Below are positions 26,216-40,404 of a stretch of DNA of 64,000 nt, piece by piece. How positions within the stretch are numbered: the stretch's first letter is position 1; every line of letters begins with the position of its first letter. Source of the DNA: Cycas panzhihuaensis (Eukaryota > Plantae > Cycadophyta); the NCBI GenBank assembly GCA_023213395.1, contig CM041465.1, positions 52,211,741-52,275,740 of the forward strand, in the 5' to 3' direction. A model generated the notes under the pieces. The model did not search any database and was not told where the DNA came from. It saw nothing but the letters and a program-made list of their open reading frames with translations. A program made the translations under genes and the position numbers.

Positions 26216-27070
26216 TTTATAAATAAGTAATTTTTACCAAACCACTTGATATTCAGTCATATAAATAACACCCTACACATTACTAAATCTTTATTCTCTA
26301 ATAAATTTTCAAAAAAATATGATATTTAATGGTTTTGATAGTAGATTTGACACAACATTAATGTCAAATGGACTTTAGGCTTCATCATTTTTACACCCAC
26401 TATTTATGGGCTACTAAAACATGCTTCAATCTCCAAAATCATTTTAGAAAATGTGAAAAAATAGTAATATAGGTCTCAATTTGATATGTTTGAATGACTA
26501 AGAATTCACATACAAAATTTTACTTGAAATGTTAAGAAAATTAGTCAAATTGATCAATGAAAATAGGTATAATACCATTTCCCTCCAAAAAATTTAAATA
26601 TAAATAAGAAAATTTGAATGAGGAATAAAAGAATATTCCCATATGGTTGGTTGCCAACTATTCACCCACATGTTTCTCCAATACGTCATGTCTTTATAAA
26701 TAATTCTAAAAAGTCTAAAATAAAGTATGTAAGTTATAAAGGTGTTAACCTTAGTATAACTCAAATCATGCCTTAATATAAGTTTTAGTGGTGTTAGTAT
26801 TCATGGGCAACTTCCATAAATAAAGATGGCTGTATGAGTGAGTGTAAGCTCCTGTGTGACCTAATTAGGCACATTGCACACCTTTTGGGCTTGCTACAAC
26901 TATGAGAGGGATGAACACTCCTCCCAAACACTTCAACCCTTAGAAATATTACTATTCATAAATTTATAGGTGTTTTAATGAGGAAAAATTACACTTCTAA
27001 GGTTGTTTATTAGCTGGAAATGGGCTAGCACCCACTACACATATTAAAAGATGGTCTTTATAGTCTTCAA

Positions 27071-28103
27071 TAAAGGTTTTGGTAGAGAGTAGAGTAGAGC
27101 AGTAAACCTAAAAATAATTTAGTCCAATATAAAACATTTGAAACAACTTTGTATTAATCTATATTACTCAAAATATACAAAATATCCTTAAAGAGGTGGT
27201 GTTAATAAACACCAGGGGAGATAAACCCATGAAATATATACTTTTGAAGGAGGAGGAAAACCTCCTCAACCTCCAATTCAAATTAATATTAAATAATGTG
27301 CAATATTAAAAGTGAACTTACCTAACATACCTTTGAAGGTTGTGCATTGCATACTCTAAGGTGGGGTCATGTGATGAGTATTAACCCAACATTCTCCTCC
27401 TTAATAGTCATCACGTACATCTTTATCTTCCCTTAAACTTATGATACTTAAACTTAAGGAAGACTTTGAATACTTATCCTTTATTATCATTCATGAAGTG
27501 GTCATCAACTCACCTTATCATCCTTTCAGTAATGTACGTCTCTTTAGTATTATGTGGTTCAAAAAATCTCCAAGTAAGTGTGACTTGCTTCAAATAGAAA
27601 TGAGTGGCTATAACTTTGACTTTATTTTCTAGAATCTTTGTTTTATGAGTAGCTATCATGTCATAAGGTTTCTCCCTCTCAAATTAAGGATCATCTTCAT
27701 GTGCAATAATGTAATCGTTCATTTGACTTGAGTCTTCTTCATTAGTTTTTTTAATATAATAAACATGCTTTGACATCTATCTCACATCTATAATATCATC
27801 ACAGTTAAATTCATTCACATTGAGGGTTTCTTCCCCATAAATAGATTGTAATGTATCCTATATGGATTTGGATGTGGTCACTTCATAAACATTAAAAAAT
27901 ATATTATTGTCTATAGTATAAAATAATATGGCTAAGGCTTCATTATCTTTTTTTATATGTTCTTTAGTATTTAGTTCATATCCATCTTTTATATATCTCC
28001 AAACATCATTTGTAATAAAGTATGTTTGCATTGTTTTACTCCATCGTTAAAATTCATTACTATCAAATATAGGAAATCTTATCTTATTTAGATTCATTAC
28101 CAT
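27071..28103 (-). mobile_element. 3' part of mini-Gag element of LTR family 'X' (3' LTR ~27071-27391, PPT 27392-27405); its 5' LTR not found
   Basis: LTR ends CCCAACA next to TTCTCCTCCTTAAT; LTR homologous to 59711-60025. Confidence 0.75.
27423..28103 (-). pseudogene. gag: mini-Gag ORF remnant (227 codons, one frame)
   Basis: RFPIFDSNEF*RWSKTMQTYFITNDVWRYIKDGY...KKDNEALAILF...TTSKSI*DTLQSIY, then unrelated tail ending VFKVFLKFKYHKFKGR*. Confidence 0.8.
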
Positions 28104-31100
28104 TATAAAGGGAACTTTAGTACATAATCAGAAAAGTATGATTTTCAAATAAGAAGATAAATCCTTAAATGAACACTTATGATTTTCAATACACTTATGA
28201 TAAATGAAGTAAATGATAAAGATATTCCTTTAAAAAGAATGTAAGCCAATGTCCTTTAAAAAAAAAAAAAATTAATCATCAATGATGTGGTCTTGCTTAG
28301 GGTTTTAGAAGATTCTTTTTATACAAAAAGAAATAACTTGAATCAATAAAGCTTCTAACAAGTGAACTTTTGATGCATATAATGGTTAAGAAATGACTTG
28401 TAATTATTCTTGTGTTATGTACTTTTCAAATAATATGCCTTTAAAATAAATAAGAAAACTAATGAACTAATGAACTTAAGACGTATAATTGTAAATACTC
28501 TTTGAAATAAGATGATCAAACAAGAAGAAGTACTTAAAAGAAGATAACTTTCTTATTAAAAATAACCAATTAATGAACTTTTCTTCAAATAAATAATGTT
28601 GATGAAATGTACCTTCCTTTTTTCTATTTTGATATGACAAAGAAATAATAAGGATGTATATGCCTCTTTTGAATGCTTTTAGTAAATATAAATTTAAACT
28701 GTGTTTAATACAATGAAGTATTTGAATAAATCTTAAAGTTTTCCAATAGAGATAAGTGGCTCAAGTAAGTTAATTGAAAATAAAATGAATTCTTTTTCAA
28801 ATATATGCAAGATAATTTACTTTTCCTTTTTGACCACAAGTGAAGATGTATAAGGTAAGTATTCTGAAATATATATTTTTCTTTAAAAGGATAAAAAATA
28901 TTAAGAAAAGCTTCCAATAAGAGAGTTCAAAATAAATATGTGTACCCATTTTGATATGTAAACCCACTTTACTTGTTGATCACTTTAGGTATATAAAATC
29001 TAACTTCTACTATAAGTCAGCTAAGAAAAAACTATACGTGAGCCAAATAAAAGATTCAAAAATATATAATGAATAATCAATAAAGTAAATATAACTTGGT
29101 TGGAATAAAAAACTCCTTAAAGAATTAAGGAAATAAGCCTATTAAGGTAAAACTAGATGCTCAAGTTTATTAGCTCCAAAGTCTTACTTAAATATCAGAT
29201 TAAAATGAAACTACACTAGATTGAAGAATATTAAAATATCTTTCCAACATATTTGACTGTTTGGAAAACAGGCTCCTACAACTCAAGACATTAATGATTA
29301 AGTGAAATGACCCCTTTTGGGGATTAACTAGAGCCATGGGGCTCAAAAAGTTACAAAATGATAATAAAGAAGATTAAATAGAAATTAGAAGCTTCTTAAT
29401 ATGCCTTAAGTCAATTAAATTGAGAAATAATATTTAGAAAACATGAAATAATAAAGAACTAGGAGCACTTGAGTACCTTAAATTTATTAGCTTTGAACAT
29501 GTACAAAAGAACTTCAAAACTTGCAAATAAATATATTAGTATAAGGAGAAATGAGTCAACTTTCCAAAGAAACTAACAAATTTGAAATTTGATGTCAAAC
29601 AGAAGAGTTATACCAAAAATAGTGAGAGGTCCTCTTTATATTTAATAAATCAAAGGCTAAAAAAAAAGGTTGACTTCAGATCATTAAAAGTAGGTCAAAT
29701 TAGATCCAAAATCAACAAGTAACTAGCCTACACTATAGCCCTCAAAATTCTAATAATAATGGAATAGGCTTCATAAAAAACTGGTACTCCAATAAGAAGA
29801 TATAGCAAAAAAAATGCTAGGTACCCTATATAAGAGAAATAAATTAAAAAAATAAAAGGAAAATTTTATAAACTTGAGTTGGCCCCTTTCAAAACAATGC
29901 TCAAGGTCACATAAACATGATGGGACTAGGGGCTTGAGACCTTAAAGGGACTAACCTCTTTTATAAATGGATTCCAACTATTATACACTATAATTTAATT
30001 AAAAATAAACTTTATAATAATTCCAATCAACATTTATAACATTAAAACTAAAAAATTGATGAATGTGACCTACGCACAGTATTGGAGGTGACACAAAGAG
30101 TAAGAACTTGATTAAATTAATCAAATAACACATGTAATAGGACATAGTGAGGGGGGCATGTGAAATCACCACATGAATTCAGCCAAAAATTAAGCAAACA
30201 CTGTGAATCAACGATGTATGATGTATGAGAAAACAAGGAACTGTGGGGCATCAATTGATGAATTGAGAGGACAAGGGTTAAACAGAGGCTTAAAATGAGT
30301 CAAACAAATCAACCTGCATATAGGGAGTGATGCTAAAATGGGGCATAGTTGATCGCCACCCAAATCAGGCTAGAAAAATAAAGAACAACGATTAAAAATA
30401 TATATATTATATGAAAAGAAACGTTGACAGTGGGTGCATGATAAGAGCATGGTGAGCATAGGACTCAAACAAAGGTAAAGTAGCATGATGATACCCAACA
30501 TCTTGAAATGAGATAAAAGCACCCTTAGAGGATTTAATCATTCTCATAACAAGTGTTTTAATTTCTTGTTAATGTTTGGGTAATAGATTTAATGCCTAAT
30601 AGTGACAAATGACCTTCAACTAAAGCTTAACACAATCCAACACTATTAGATCACCTTCAAATTAGGCCTAACTATTATATGAAGTGCCCAACATATATTT
30701 CAAGCTCTAGATGGATTTAAAATAGGACCAATACTGATTTTAGACCTCAAATAGTGAACAAATCTTATTAATAGGCGAAACCCACCTCCTTAATCACCAT
30801 TAGAGTACTGTGATACTCTTCTAATTATTGGTGAAGATTAAAATAATTAGAATAGGGATTTATTAGCATTACCACATAGCCTTCAATCTTATCATATCCA
30901 CTTAACCTTACCTTAATTGTGTACTCCATTCAAATCTGACACCATATGAAGAAATATGAAACATATATGCATGCTGAACTATAGGATCTTGATCATATAT
31001 AATAAGCAAATAGTAAAGAGTGTAGTTAGATAATACATAATATTTTATGTGAAAAACTCTTTTGGAAAAAAACCCACTACAAAATATTATTAAATCATAT

Positions 31101-32133
31101 TGACCATTCTTGAATAATTTATAATGAACTATAAGGTTATTTATAATCCCCCAAATGGCACAACCAACTTGAATAGTTGTGACCCTATGAAATATTCATA
31201 CCTTTTTATTTTATATTAACTAAACTATATTTTAATATTAATCAAGTGGCTTTGCCTTAACTACCATATTAACATTTTCAAGTAATCTTATTACATGGTT
31301 TCCACTAAGCTTGTATGATTATAAGTAAACCTCTTTTATTTGGAGCACACTATCATTTGTGGAGTGGTGATATTACTTAGAAGATTCTCTAAAATACATA
31401 AGAGGTAGGCCATCCCTTACTTTATTTTTACTTCAAGTTTTTGTTATTACTTAGGCTTCACTTGGCCTTGATTTGGTCTAAACACAAAGAGAAAGATATA
31501 AGGAACCTACAAATAGATCTCTTTAATTTACATTGGTTATGTGCTGATTGCTTATCTCTTCTTTCTGCTTTCAAAAGAAAATTAGATGAAAAGGATAGAT
31601 TCACCTATGTGACACCTAATTTTCTCTTTCTAATTAGAAATTATAAGACAAAGAAATCAAAACTATAGTAGTTAGGATAATCATAAGAGAAATTAAAGAC
31701 TTAGACTTATTTCTAATACATATTAGGATTTAGAGATATTAATTTCACAAATAAAAAGAATATAAGTAGAAAAAGTTTAAATAGTACATATCCATATAGA
31801 TACATTAGTAAAAGTATATTTTCTTTTGTTATATGGTTTATGTTTAGTTTAGATGATTAGTGGTTTTATGCAAATTTAAAGTGAATGCTAGTTTATATAT
31901 AGGTGATTATTCTTATTTGTTCCCTTTAGGCTAGGTCCTACTCTCTTGGTAAAGAAGTTTTTGATTATGTAGGACTTGATATTTCAATTATATAAGCTTA
32001 TCCTTTTTTGAGAGTAAATACTTCTTAGTATAAGAAAATTTCTGATCGACCGAAACATGATATCCTTAGTATATAATGTTCTCCTCTTTTGAGAAAGGTG
32101 TTAGTTTTCTACCATACTTTTGGTCATGAGGGA

Positions 32134-32137
<4 letters not shown>

Positions 32138-32184
<47 letters not shown>
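32138..32184. repeat. (CT)n microsatellite
   Basis: Direct read. Confidence 0.95.
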
Positions 32185-34529
32185 TTGAGTGTTTAACACT
32201 CATTAAAATTGGACATGGGCATCCTCAAGCTAATAACCTTCATGGGTGGATCATCATTGCATGAGGAAGTCCTAAGTGGATGACCCATGATAGGGTTCTT
32301 AATCTAGGGTTTGAGCTCTTTTGAGCTATCACACTTGTTAGTACTATTATTCCATAACTAGTATGACATAATTCTTTTCTTCATGGTTGGGAAGAGGTCT
32401 AGGATAGATTATTCCCTTAGGAAGGCTTAGGTATTAGTGGATAAGGAGCCTAAGACATCTTCTTTTGAAGTAAGGACTTTGGAAATCCTTCTATCTATTA
32501 AAGCCTTTTCTTGTTTATTTTGGGGAGAATTAATTAAAAGTTCATTAATTTTATTAAGCTTCTTTAGTTCTTTTTATGTTATTTGATTTAGCATCCAGTT
32601 AGCAATTGCTTATATTTCTTTGCTTAACACACACTTAGAAACATATCTCTCTTTCTTTTAGAAGGGAGTCAAGGATCTATTGAGACTTGTTATTATAGTT
32701 TCCTTTTGAAAAGACTACTCTTCCTCCTTACTTAAGGACTCCCTAGGTGACCTAACATAATTGATATCATTTTGGAAACCATATTAGGGAGTTGCTTAAA
32801 CTTCCTTGTTGCTCATGCAATCATCTACTCCATTGGAGTTTTCCATTGTTATACATCCATTTAGTTTGCCCCACTTTAATCCTTCACCTTAACTGAGCTA
32901 GTTTTATGTGTTACTTCCATCCCTTTATTCCACTTAAGTTATATCCATACATTTTATTTACCTTTCTTTCTAACTCTTTCATGGATCCTTCCCGTATCCC
33001 TCTTTAACGATTTAGGAGAATTCAAGGTCTTCCCCTTGAAGACTCCTCATTGCCATCTTAAGTTGCTAGCTTTGCTCTTCATAAGGGTTATAAAATCTCT
33101 ATCATAGATCTTACCATTACTCTAATTATACCTCAAGATACTTAGAACCCATTGGAGTACACTAAAGAATCCCTTTTATATGAGGCCTCCATTAGGGAAG
33201 AACTTGACCTAGTTGAGAATACATTTTTGGTAGGAACTCCCACATCCTTATGCAACCATTATGTGGACCATATATGACTCAACTTTCACGATGAGAAATA
33301 TGAAGTATCCATGTCACATCCTCCTCCAACTATTCAACATCCTTTTGAGTAAGCTCTAGGTCTTATCACATTAACCCACACTTATATATCTTTGCACATG
33401 AGTAAGGGGAGCACATGCCTCCCATTCACCCATCCTCTTTGGGTATCAACCCAATTATTTATACTCACGATCTTTATATTAAGTCTATGATGGTTTGATA
33501 ATGTTTACCTTTATCAAAAACTTCTCAGATAGTACCTCAATGGGGACCTATTACCATTGATCATCATGCTAAGATAAATTCTCTTTTCCTACATCTAACT
33601 ACTCCTCCACCATCACCAAGAGGTGTTTAGCCATCAGCCAGGGGTAGTCATCCTTTATGAGGTAACCCCTTTATGCAAATTATACAAACACATGTCCCTC
33701 TTAATCAACCTTCTTTACCTTGACCATCTTTATATGCCTATCCCACATCATTGCTTCATTAATAATTAATTAGCTTTTCATAACCCTCCTACATTCCTAG
33801 TGTGAGCCATCAAATTCCACATGTACATACTGTGTAATGATGGAAAAACTCCATACCTTCTTTTGGCCTAGTACCTCTCCACACCCCCTAGGATTACCCA
33901 AGTCAACCTCTTCATTATGGATCACAGGATCCCCCTATTTCTCAACATCTAAGATCCTTTACTTCATAAGAAATAATTGTATCTTATCTTACCATGAGAC
34001 CATATCCTAGATAATAAAACTGACCATATGCATTTTATCTTGGGTATTCCACCCATGGTAGGGGCACCAACAATCTTAGGACTTATGTAGACAACTGTTC
34101 AAGGGACTTTATTTTTATTAAAGAAGGATCAAAAATCAAGAAATATTACATTACATAATGTAAGATCAATGGAGACTAGATATAGATAGGTGTAAAACCC
34201 CTTTAGGGGAAGAAAAACAACCTCAGAATCTAATAAACTTTATTATCATAATTTATAGTACAGAAGTTTTCTAATTTTTTATATTTACCCTCAAACACAT
34301 AATAAGAGAGATGATGTATGTTGAATTGGGTAACCACTCATTCAACTAAATTTTAATAATAACTTTAATATAATAATAATTATCCTAACATTAGAAATTA
34401 ACATAAAACATTATAATATAATATTATATTCTAACATCCTCCTTTAATATTATCTTTAATACAATGATATAAAGAAGAATGATGAAGGATTTAGTATATT
34501 GATCTCCCTTTGATGAAGATTTCATTAAA

Positions 34530-37500
34530 TTTTAGTAATTAGCATAACTTGATAAACTTTGCTTTAGTAAGAGGCTTTCTCATTATATTAGCAAAGCATA
34601 AATCTATAAGATAATATGAAAGATCAATAATACCATCATTAACATGATTTTGAATAAAATGCAGATGCAGTTCAATATATTTTATTTGAGAATGAATAAT
34701 AGGGTTAGTAGCAATTATAATAACTCCTTGATTATCTATATTAATTTGAATAAAAGATTTAGAAAAGAAACCAAGTTCATTTAATTATAACCTAATCCAT
34801 AAAGACTCTTTATCAGCCTTGACTAAAGCATGATATTCTACTTTAGTGGTAGATAAGATAAGTGATTGTATTTTTTTACTAACCTAAGTAATATGTGAAG
34901 AATCAAGAAAGAACACATAACTTGTTATGGATTTGTGTTCACTAGTATCACCTGCCCAATCAAAATCAATATAACCTATCAACTGAAGATCAAGGTTAGA
35001 ATATTTATAGGTGAGGCCAAAGTAAATTGTACCTTGTAGGTATCTTAGTATATGTTTAGCAGCTTGTAAGTGATATTGAAGTGACTTCTATATATATATA
35101 TATATATAGAACATAAAGTGATATCATAAGAGACATTAGGATGGGTATGGATTAGATAAATTAAGCTACCAATAAGTTGATAATATAAGGTTGGATTAAT
35201 AAGAGGTGTTTGATAATTAATTAATAATATAATACCTGATTATAAGGGTATATGGGTTGGTTTAGAATTTTTCATATTAAATCTTTTAATGAGATCAAAG
35301 ATATATTTAAGTTGGGATATTAAAATTATAGAATCATATTAATAAATTTGTAAACTGAGAAAATAGTAGAGAAGACCTAAGTTAGTCATTTTAAAATTTT
35401 CCATAAGAATAAATTTTAATTAGAAAATAGAAGAAGGTAGAAATCCATTGATGATAATATCATCAACATATAAGACAAGAAGAGTAATATGATCATTTTC
35501 ACATTTAAAATAAAGATTTAGATTACTTATGCATTTGTTATAGCCATTAGAAATAAGGTAGTGATCAATTTTATTATGCTAAGCTTGAGGGGATTATTTA
35601 AGACCATATAAAGACTTTTTAAGTTTATAAATAAGATTAGGATCAGTCATAAAACTTAAAGGTTGAGTCATATAAATTTATTCTTCTAGATCACCATTAA
35701 GAGAAGTATTTTTAACATCTATTTGATGGATTTGCAAGCTAGATTTGGCTACAAGAGAAATAACAATTTTAATAGTATTTATTTTGGTGATAGAGCCAAA
35801 CGTTTCATTGTAATCAATGCCATCAATTTAAGAAAAACCTTTAGCAACCAAGTGAGCTTTATGCTTTTTAATGGCACTATTTAAATTTATATTTTGTTTG
35901 ATAGTTTAATAAGTTTTTCTTAGAGGAAAGAGAAACTAAGTCCCAAGTGGAATTTTTAATGAGAGCTTCATATTTGGCCTTCATTGCTTGTTGCTATATT
36001 AAGGTTTTATGAGCTTCTTGAAATGCATTAGGATCATCATTAGATATAACTTTAGCCATTAATACATAATTATCTTGTAGCTTTTGTGACCTTATTATTC
36101 TAGTATCAAATGGATTAATAGCATCAAGTCCTATATCAGAAAGGGTTTTCTAAACCCATTTTGGTTGTTTATTATTTTAGGAATAAGTAGGAGAGGATGA
36201 TAACTCAAATTCATTAGAGTTAATTAGGGTCTAATTTTAGACTTATGACTAAGTTTGATATAGTTGTATCATCAACCTATTTTTCAGAGGAATTAGATAA
36301 AGTACTATTAGTTAAAAGTTCTTCAACAAGAATAGATATTTGGTCAAAGTGAGTATTTTATGAAGATTCTTATTCATTAAACTTAACATCATGTTAAATA
36401 AAAATTATATGTGTAATAGGATCTAATAAACAATAAGCATTATTTTCTTTATTGTAACCAACAAAAATAAATTGAGAACTTGTTGGATCAAGTTTTTGCC
36501 CTTTTTCTTTTAAAATATATGCACTAAGAAACACTTCTAAAGATTTTGAGGTGTTTAATAGAAGGTTTACAACCTGACCACTTTTGTTTTAGTGTAATAT
36601 TATCTAAGGCTATGGTAGGTAATTTATTTAAAAGGTAGTTTGAACATGCTATAACTTCTTCCTAATGTTTTAAATCTAAGTTTTTAGCCTAAATCATGCA
36701 TTGAGTCATTTCAATGAGCATATGGTTTTTCTATTATACAACACCATTTTACTGAGAGGAATAAGCAACAAAGTGTTGTAATCTAATGCTACATTTTTAC
36801 AAGAAAGTGTAAACTCATTGCTTATTATTATTATTATTTTTTATATATATTATGAGATCTAAAAGTTTTTATTTTAAAGTTTGATTAGTTTTTGACTAAA
36901 CTATTAAACTCAACAAAGGTATGAAAAACTTTACTATGGTGTTTCTGCATAAAAACCCAACATTTTCTAAAAAAATCATCAATAAAGGTTATAAAATATT
37001 AAATACTAGAATTTGATATTTAAAAGGGGCCACATATATTAGAATGGACAAGGTCAAGTAGAGATTTATCTTAAAACTTAGTGTTATAGGAAAAAGAATC
37101 TATGTATTATTTACCTAAAACAAGCTTCACAAACACCATGTATTGTAGATAAGGAAGGAAGACCATGAACCATGTTATTTTGTGTTAAAAATGTAGCTTG
37201 TCATAGCTTGTATGGCTAGAGTGTGTGTGTGCCATAAATGACTAATAGGGTTTTATTAAGCAATAAAAGAAGTGAATGACCTAATTTTGGTTGTATGTGT
37301 AAGGTTTTCTAGACTATAAAGACCTATCTTATGATCAGTAGGACCATAAGTAATTAGTTTGGACTTATTAAAAGGTATCTTTATAATAAATTTATCTTTT
37401 TAGAATTTAACCACTAGGTTCTTCTAGAAGATTTGATAAATAGAAAATAAGTTAAATAGTGAACTAGGAATATCAAACACATTATTAATAGAGCTAGTTT

Positions 37501-38697
37501 TTAAAGAAATATCATCTATTTCTTCAACCTTAAGTTGGGAACCACTACCAATTAAAATTTTTGCTTTAGAATTTGTGCCTAGGTTATAAGTAGAAAGGTA
37601 CTCTTAATGTCCCATCATATGATAGGAAGCACCAAAATTAAGTATGCATGAAGAAGGTAGTATGCTAAATGTAGTAAAGGCTAAGGTAGAGGTGGTTAAA
37701 GAGTCATGGGATTTAGATTGTATCCCTTTTAAAGTTTTCTAGCTTTTAGAAGCTAACCTATTTCTATAAACATCTATAGTATGTCCCTTTTTATGATAAT
37801 ATGCATAACTAATATTTTAGTTATAATATGATCTAGGGACAGTTTTTATTTGATGTGTATGCTTTGGTACTAAATGAGTGTTTTAGTTTTTAAACATTCC
37901 TGAATGTTTAAGATTTTGATTATTGTAATAGTTTGAAGAGGAACCTCTATATAATTTCTAAGGTTTATAATTATTATTGTGATTATTTTAATTATGATTA
38001 TGATTTTTATATTTATGTTATGGTTTAGTGTTAGAGAAAAAAACTTGAGAAGGATATTTTATTTATCAAATTTGAATAAGTATTGACTAGTATTCAACCA
38101 ATTGATTAGTAAGTTAGTGAAAGGAAATAGTGAGATGACCATACTATTACTTAATAGTTTTATACTAATTGAAGGATTTTGGAAGTTTATTAATTACTAG
38201 ATAGATGAGTGTATCATCATCTTTGGCATATGTTATAGTTATAGTTTTATCACCATTTTTTATTATTTTGACATGATTACTTAGATCTATATATATTAGT
38301 TGAAGATTAGACATAAATTCTTTGATTTTAGAAAAATCTTCATATTTCAAATCATACATTTTTTGTTCTAACATAATAACTTGTGTTGTATTAACTTTGT
38401 CATACTTTTTCGTTAATTTTTCTAGATAGTATCTAGTTCATCTAAGTTTATAAACTACCTACAAATGTTAAGAGAGAGAGAAGTTAGGATTGTTACTAAG
38501 GCTCCATCAAAGTTCATCAGATAAATCACATAGGCATCAGATGTAATGTCTACAGGTTTTTTGAATTTCTAAGTTATGTATTGCCACAACTTTTATTGTT
38601 TTAGTTGTTTGCATACTTTAACCTTCCAGTTAATATAATTTAGGTTAGTTAATACTAGAATTTTGGTAGATGGGATTAGTCCTAGTATAAAATCCAT
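34530..38697 (-). pseudogene. gag-pol: Copia D gag-pol remnant
   Basis: Gag start 38697, CILNFGASYHMMG (PR), LVHSNICGP (IN), KHKAHLVAKGF, QIDVKNTSLNG and YVDDIII (RT), DFDWAGD and IELHLHFI (RH). Confidence 0.9.
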
Positions 38698-38820
38698 TGG
38701 GAAAAAAATAAGTATGTGTGAGTGTTAAAAACAACATAAGATAATTAAAAGATCTTCCTTAATTAAGCTATAAAAATAAGGTGTATAAACTTCTAAATTA
38801 ATATGATAATTTAATAAACC

Positions 38821-38888
38821 ACACACACACACACACACACATATACATACGTATACACATATACATGTATAGACACATACAAATGTAT

Positions 38889-38930
<42 letters not shown>
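38821..38930. repeat. compound (AC)n/(AT)n microsatellite
   Basis: Two AC tracts separated by mixed RY repeats. Confidence 0.95.
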
Positions 38931-38935
<5 letters not shown>

Positions 38936-40170
38936 ATGTTTAAAAATTTAAAATAATTATCACAATAATTACAAATTTAAATAAAGTATTACATGATTTA
39001 AATTAATGAATGATAATAGATAAATCAATAGCACGATGAAATTTATAAATAGACTGCAAATGTATATATTAAAAACAAAATGGAGGGGTGTACCTTTAAA
39101 CATACTTATAAAAATCAAGTTTATTTTTTAGAGATATATTTACAAAAATATAAATTATGGTAAAACCATATTACAATGAGCATAAATTATTATCAATTTA
39201 CAAAATTATTTAACATATGAAATTACTTAGTAGCATTTGCATTAATGCCTAAACAACTAAGTGTATTTATTAATTTGTAGGGGGGGTGTATTTTAATCTA
39301 ATGAATTTATGAATGATAATGTCTTAGTTATCAAAATACTAAAATGTATGATTATTACTAAGAAAACATGAATAAACTTGATAAACAAAGTCACATACTT
39401 GAACTTACCTTATATGCAACCCATTATGTGGTTTTTGAACTAAAATTATACCATTAAATTAGCTTCAAAATGGTTTAAATGACTAGTCAAATTCAAGATC
39501 ACTGAGTCAGGATTTTGATGCCTCTTTTGGTTTTGAATTTTGACTCTAGATGCTCAATTTATCATATAAAACGTGTAGGTAACTCCTTAATGAGATGGCA
39601 GGGTTAAAAATTAGGGGTTAAGCTCCCTTAACAAAGTAGCCCCTAGTCTCTTGTTTGCTACATATGATTGTCAACTAGAGAGAGGAGGGGGTTGTGAACT
39701 TTAATAAAAAATATAATTTGGTTAAATTTATAAAAAAATTTGTTAAAGAAAAATACTCAAAACTTACCAAATTAATCATTCATTAATAGAATGATGGAAG
39801 TCAAATAGGGCACACAAACTTTGATTGGATCACTAGGTGCAAATTAGTATGGTAGCTCCTACTTCATATTTTTATACAACTTCCTAGTAACAAATCTTCA
39901 TACCATAATCTAATATTCTTATATTATTGACATTCTGTTAACTGTGTACGTAGAAGCATAGATACCATCACATGTGTATCAAACTCTGTAACTCATCCTT
40001 ATCAATGTATCATTACTATTCTTAATTTATTAGTTTTATCCTTTCTTAGAAAATAAATGAGTAAAAGTTCTTGTTATTTTATCAACCACTTTATCACCTA
40101 AAAGAGACGAGCCACAAAGTAAAATATTGGGTAGCTTTCATGCATGTTTCAAGTAACACATTGGCTAGTC

Positions 40171-40356
40171 CACTTATTTAATGATGATGAAATAGGAAAG
40201 ATATCATTCAAAAATTTAAAATGAGTAGCCAAAGAGTTGGGTAAGAATATGATCAATGAGGAGATATAGGAGATGATTGATGAAGTCTATTAAGATGGCA
40301 ATGGGGAGATCAATGAGGAAGAATTTTGTAGAATTATGAAGAAGACAAGATTATGA
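40171..40356 (+). pseudogene. CEN: captured centrin (caltractin) C-terminal EF-hand pair fragment
   Basis: Single frame [58 protein letters not shown] vs centrin consensus [61 protein letters not shown]. Confidence 0.93.
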
Positions 40357-40404
40357 ATAGGAGTTTAAGTGAAGGGTAAAGAAATATTATGTCTAAAAGG
40401 TATT

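Larger units (their letters stand above)
10799..31274 (-). mobile_element. Ty1/Copia element B (old), host of four nested insertions
   Basis: 328-bp LTRs 10799-11126 and 30947-31274, PPT from 11127, degenerate PBS 30933-30944. RT reads through across the 12419-19647 insertion (..LILSLVVK|YGWELY*LDIKLAFLN). TSD is not clean (TTCTA vs TTTTC). Confidence 0.8.

Noticed and set aside
38725-38928. Cys/Val-repeat ORF
   Set aside because: Translation of the (AC)n microsatellite
39975-40025. EF-hand-like KNSN(G)YIDKDELQSLI on - strand
   Set aside because: Needs a frameshift and is too short to call as a captured gene
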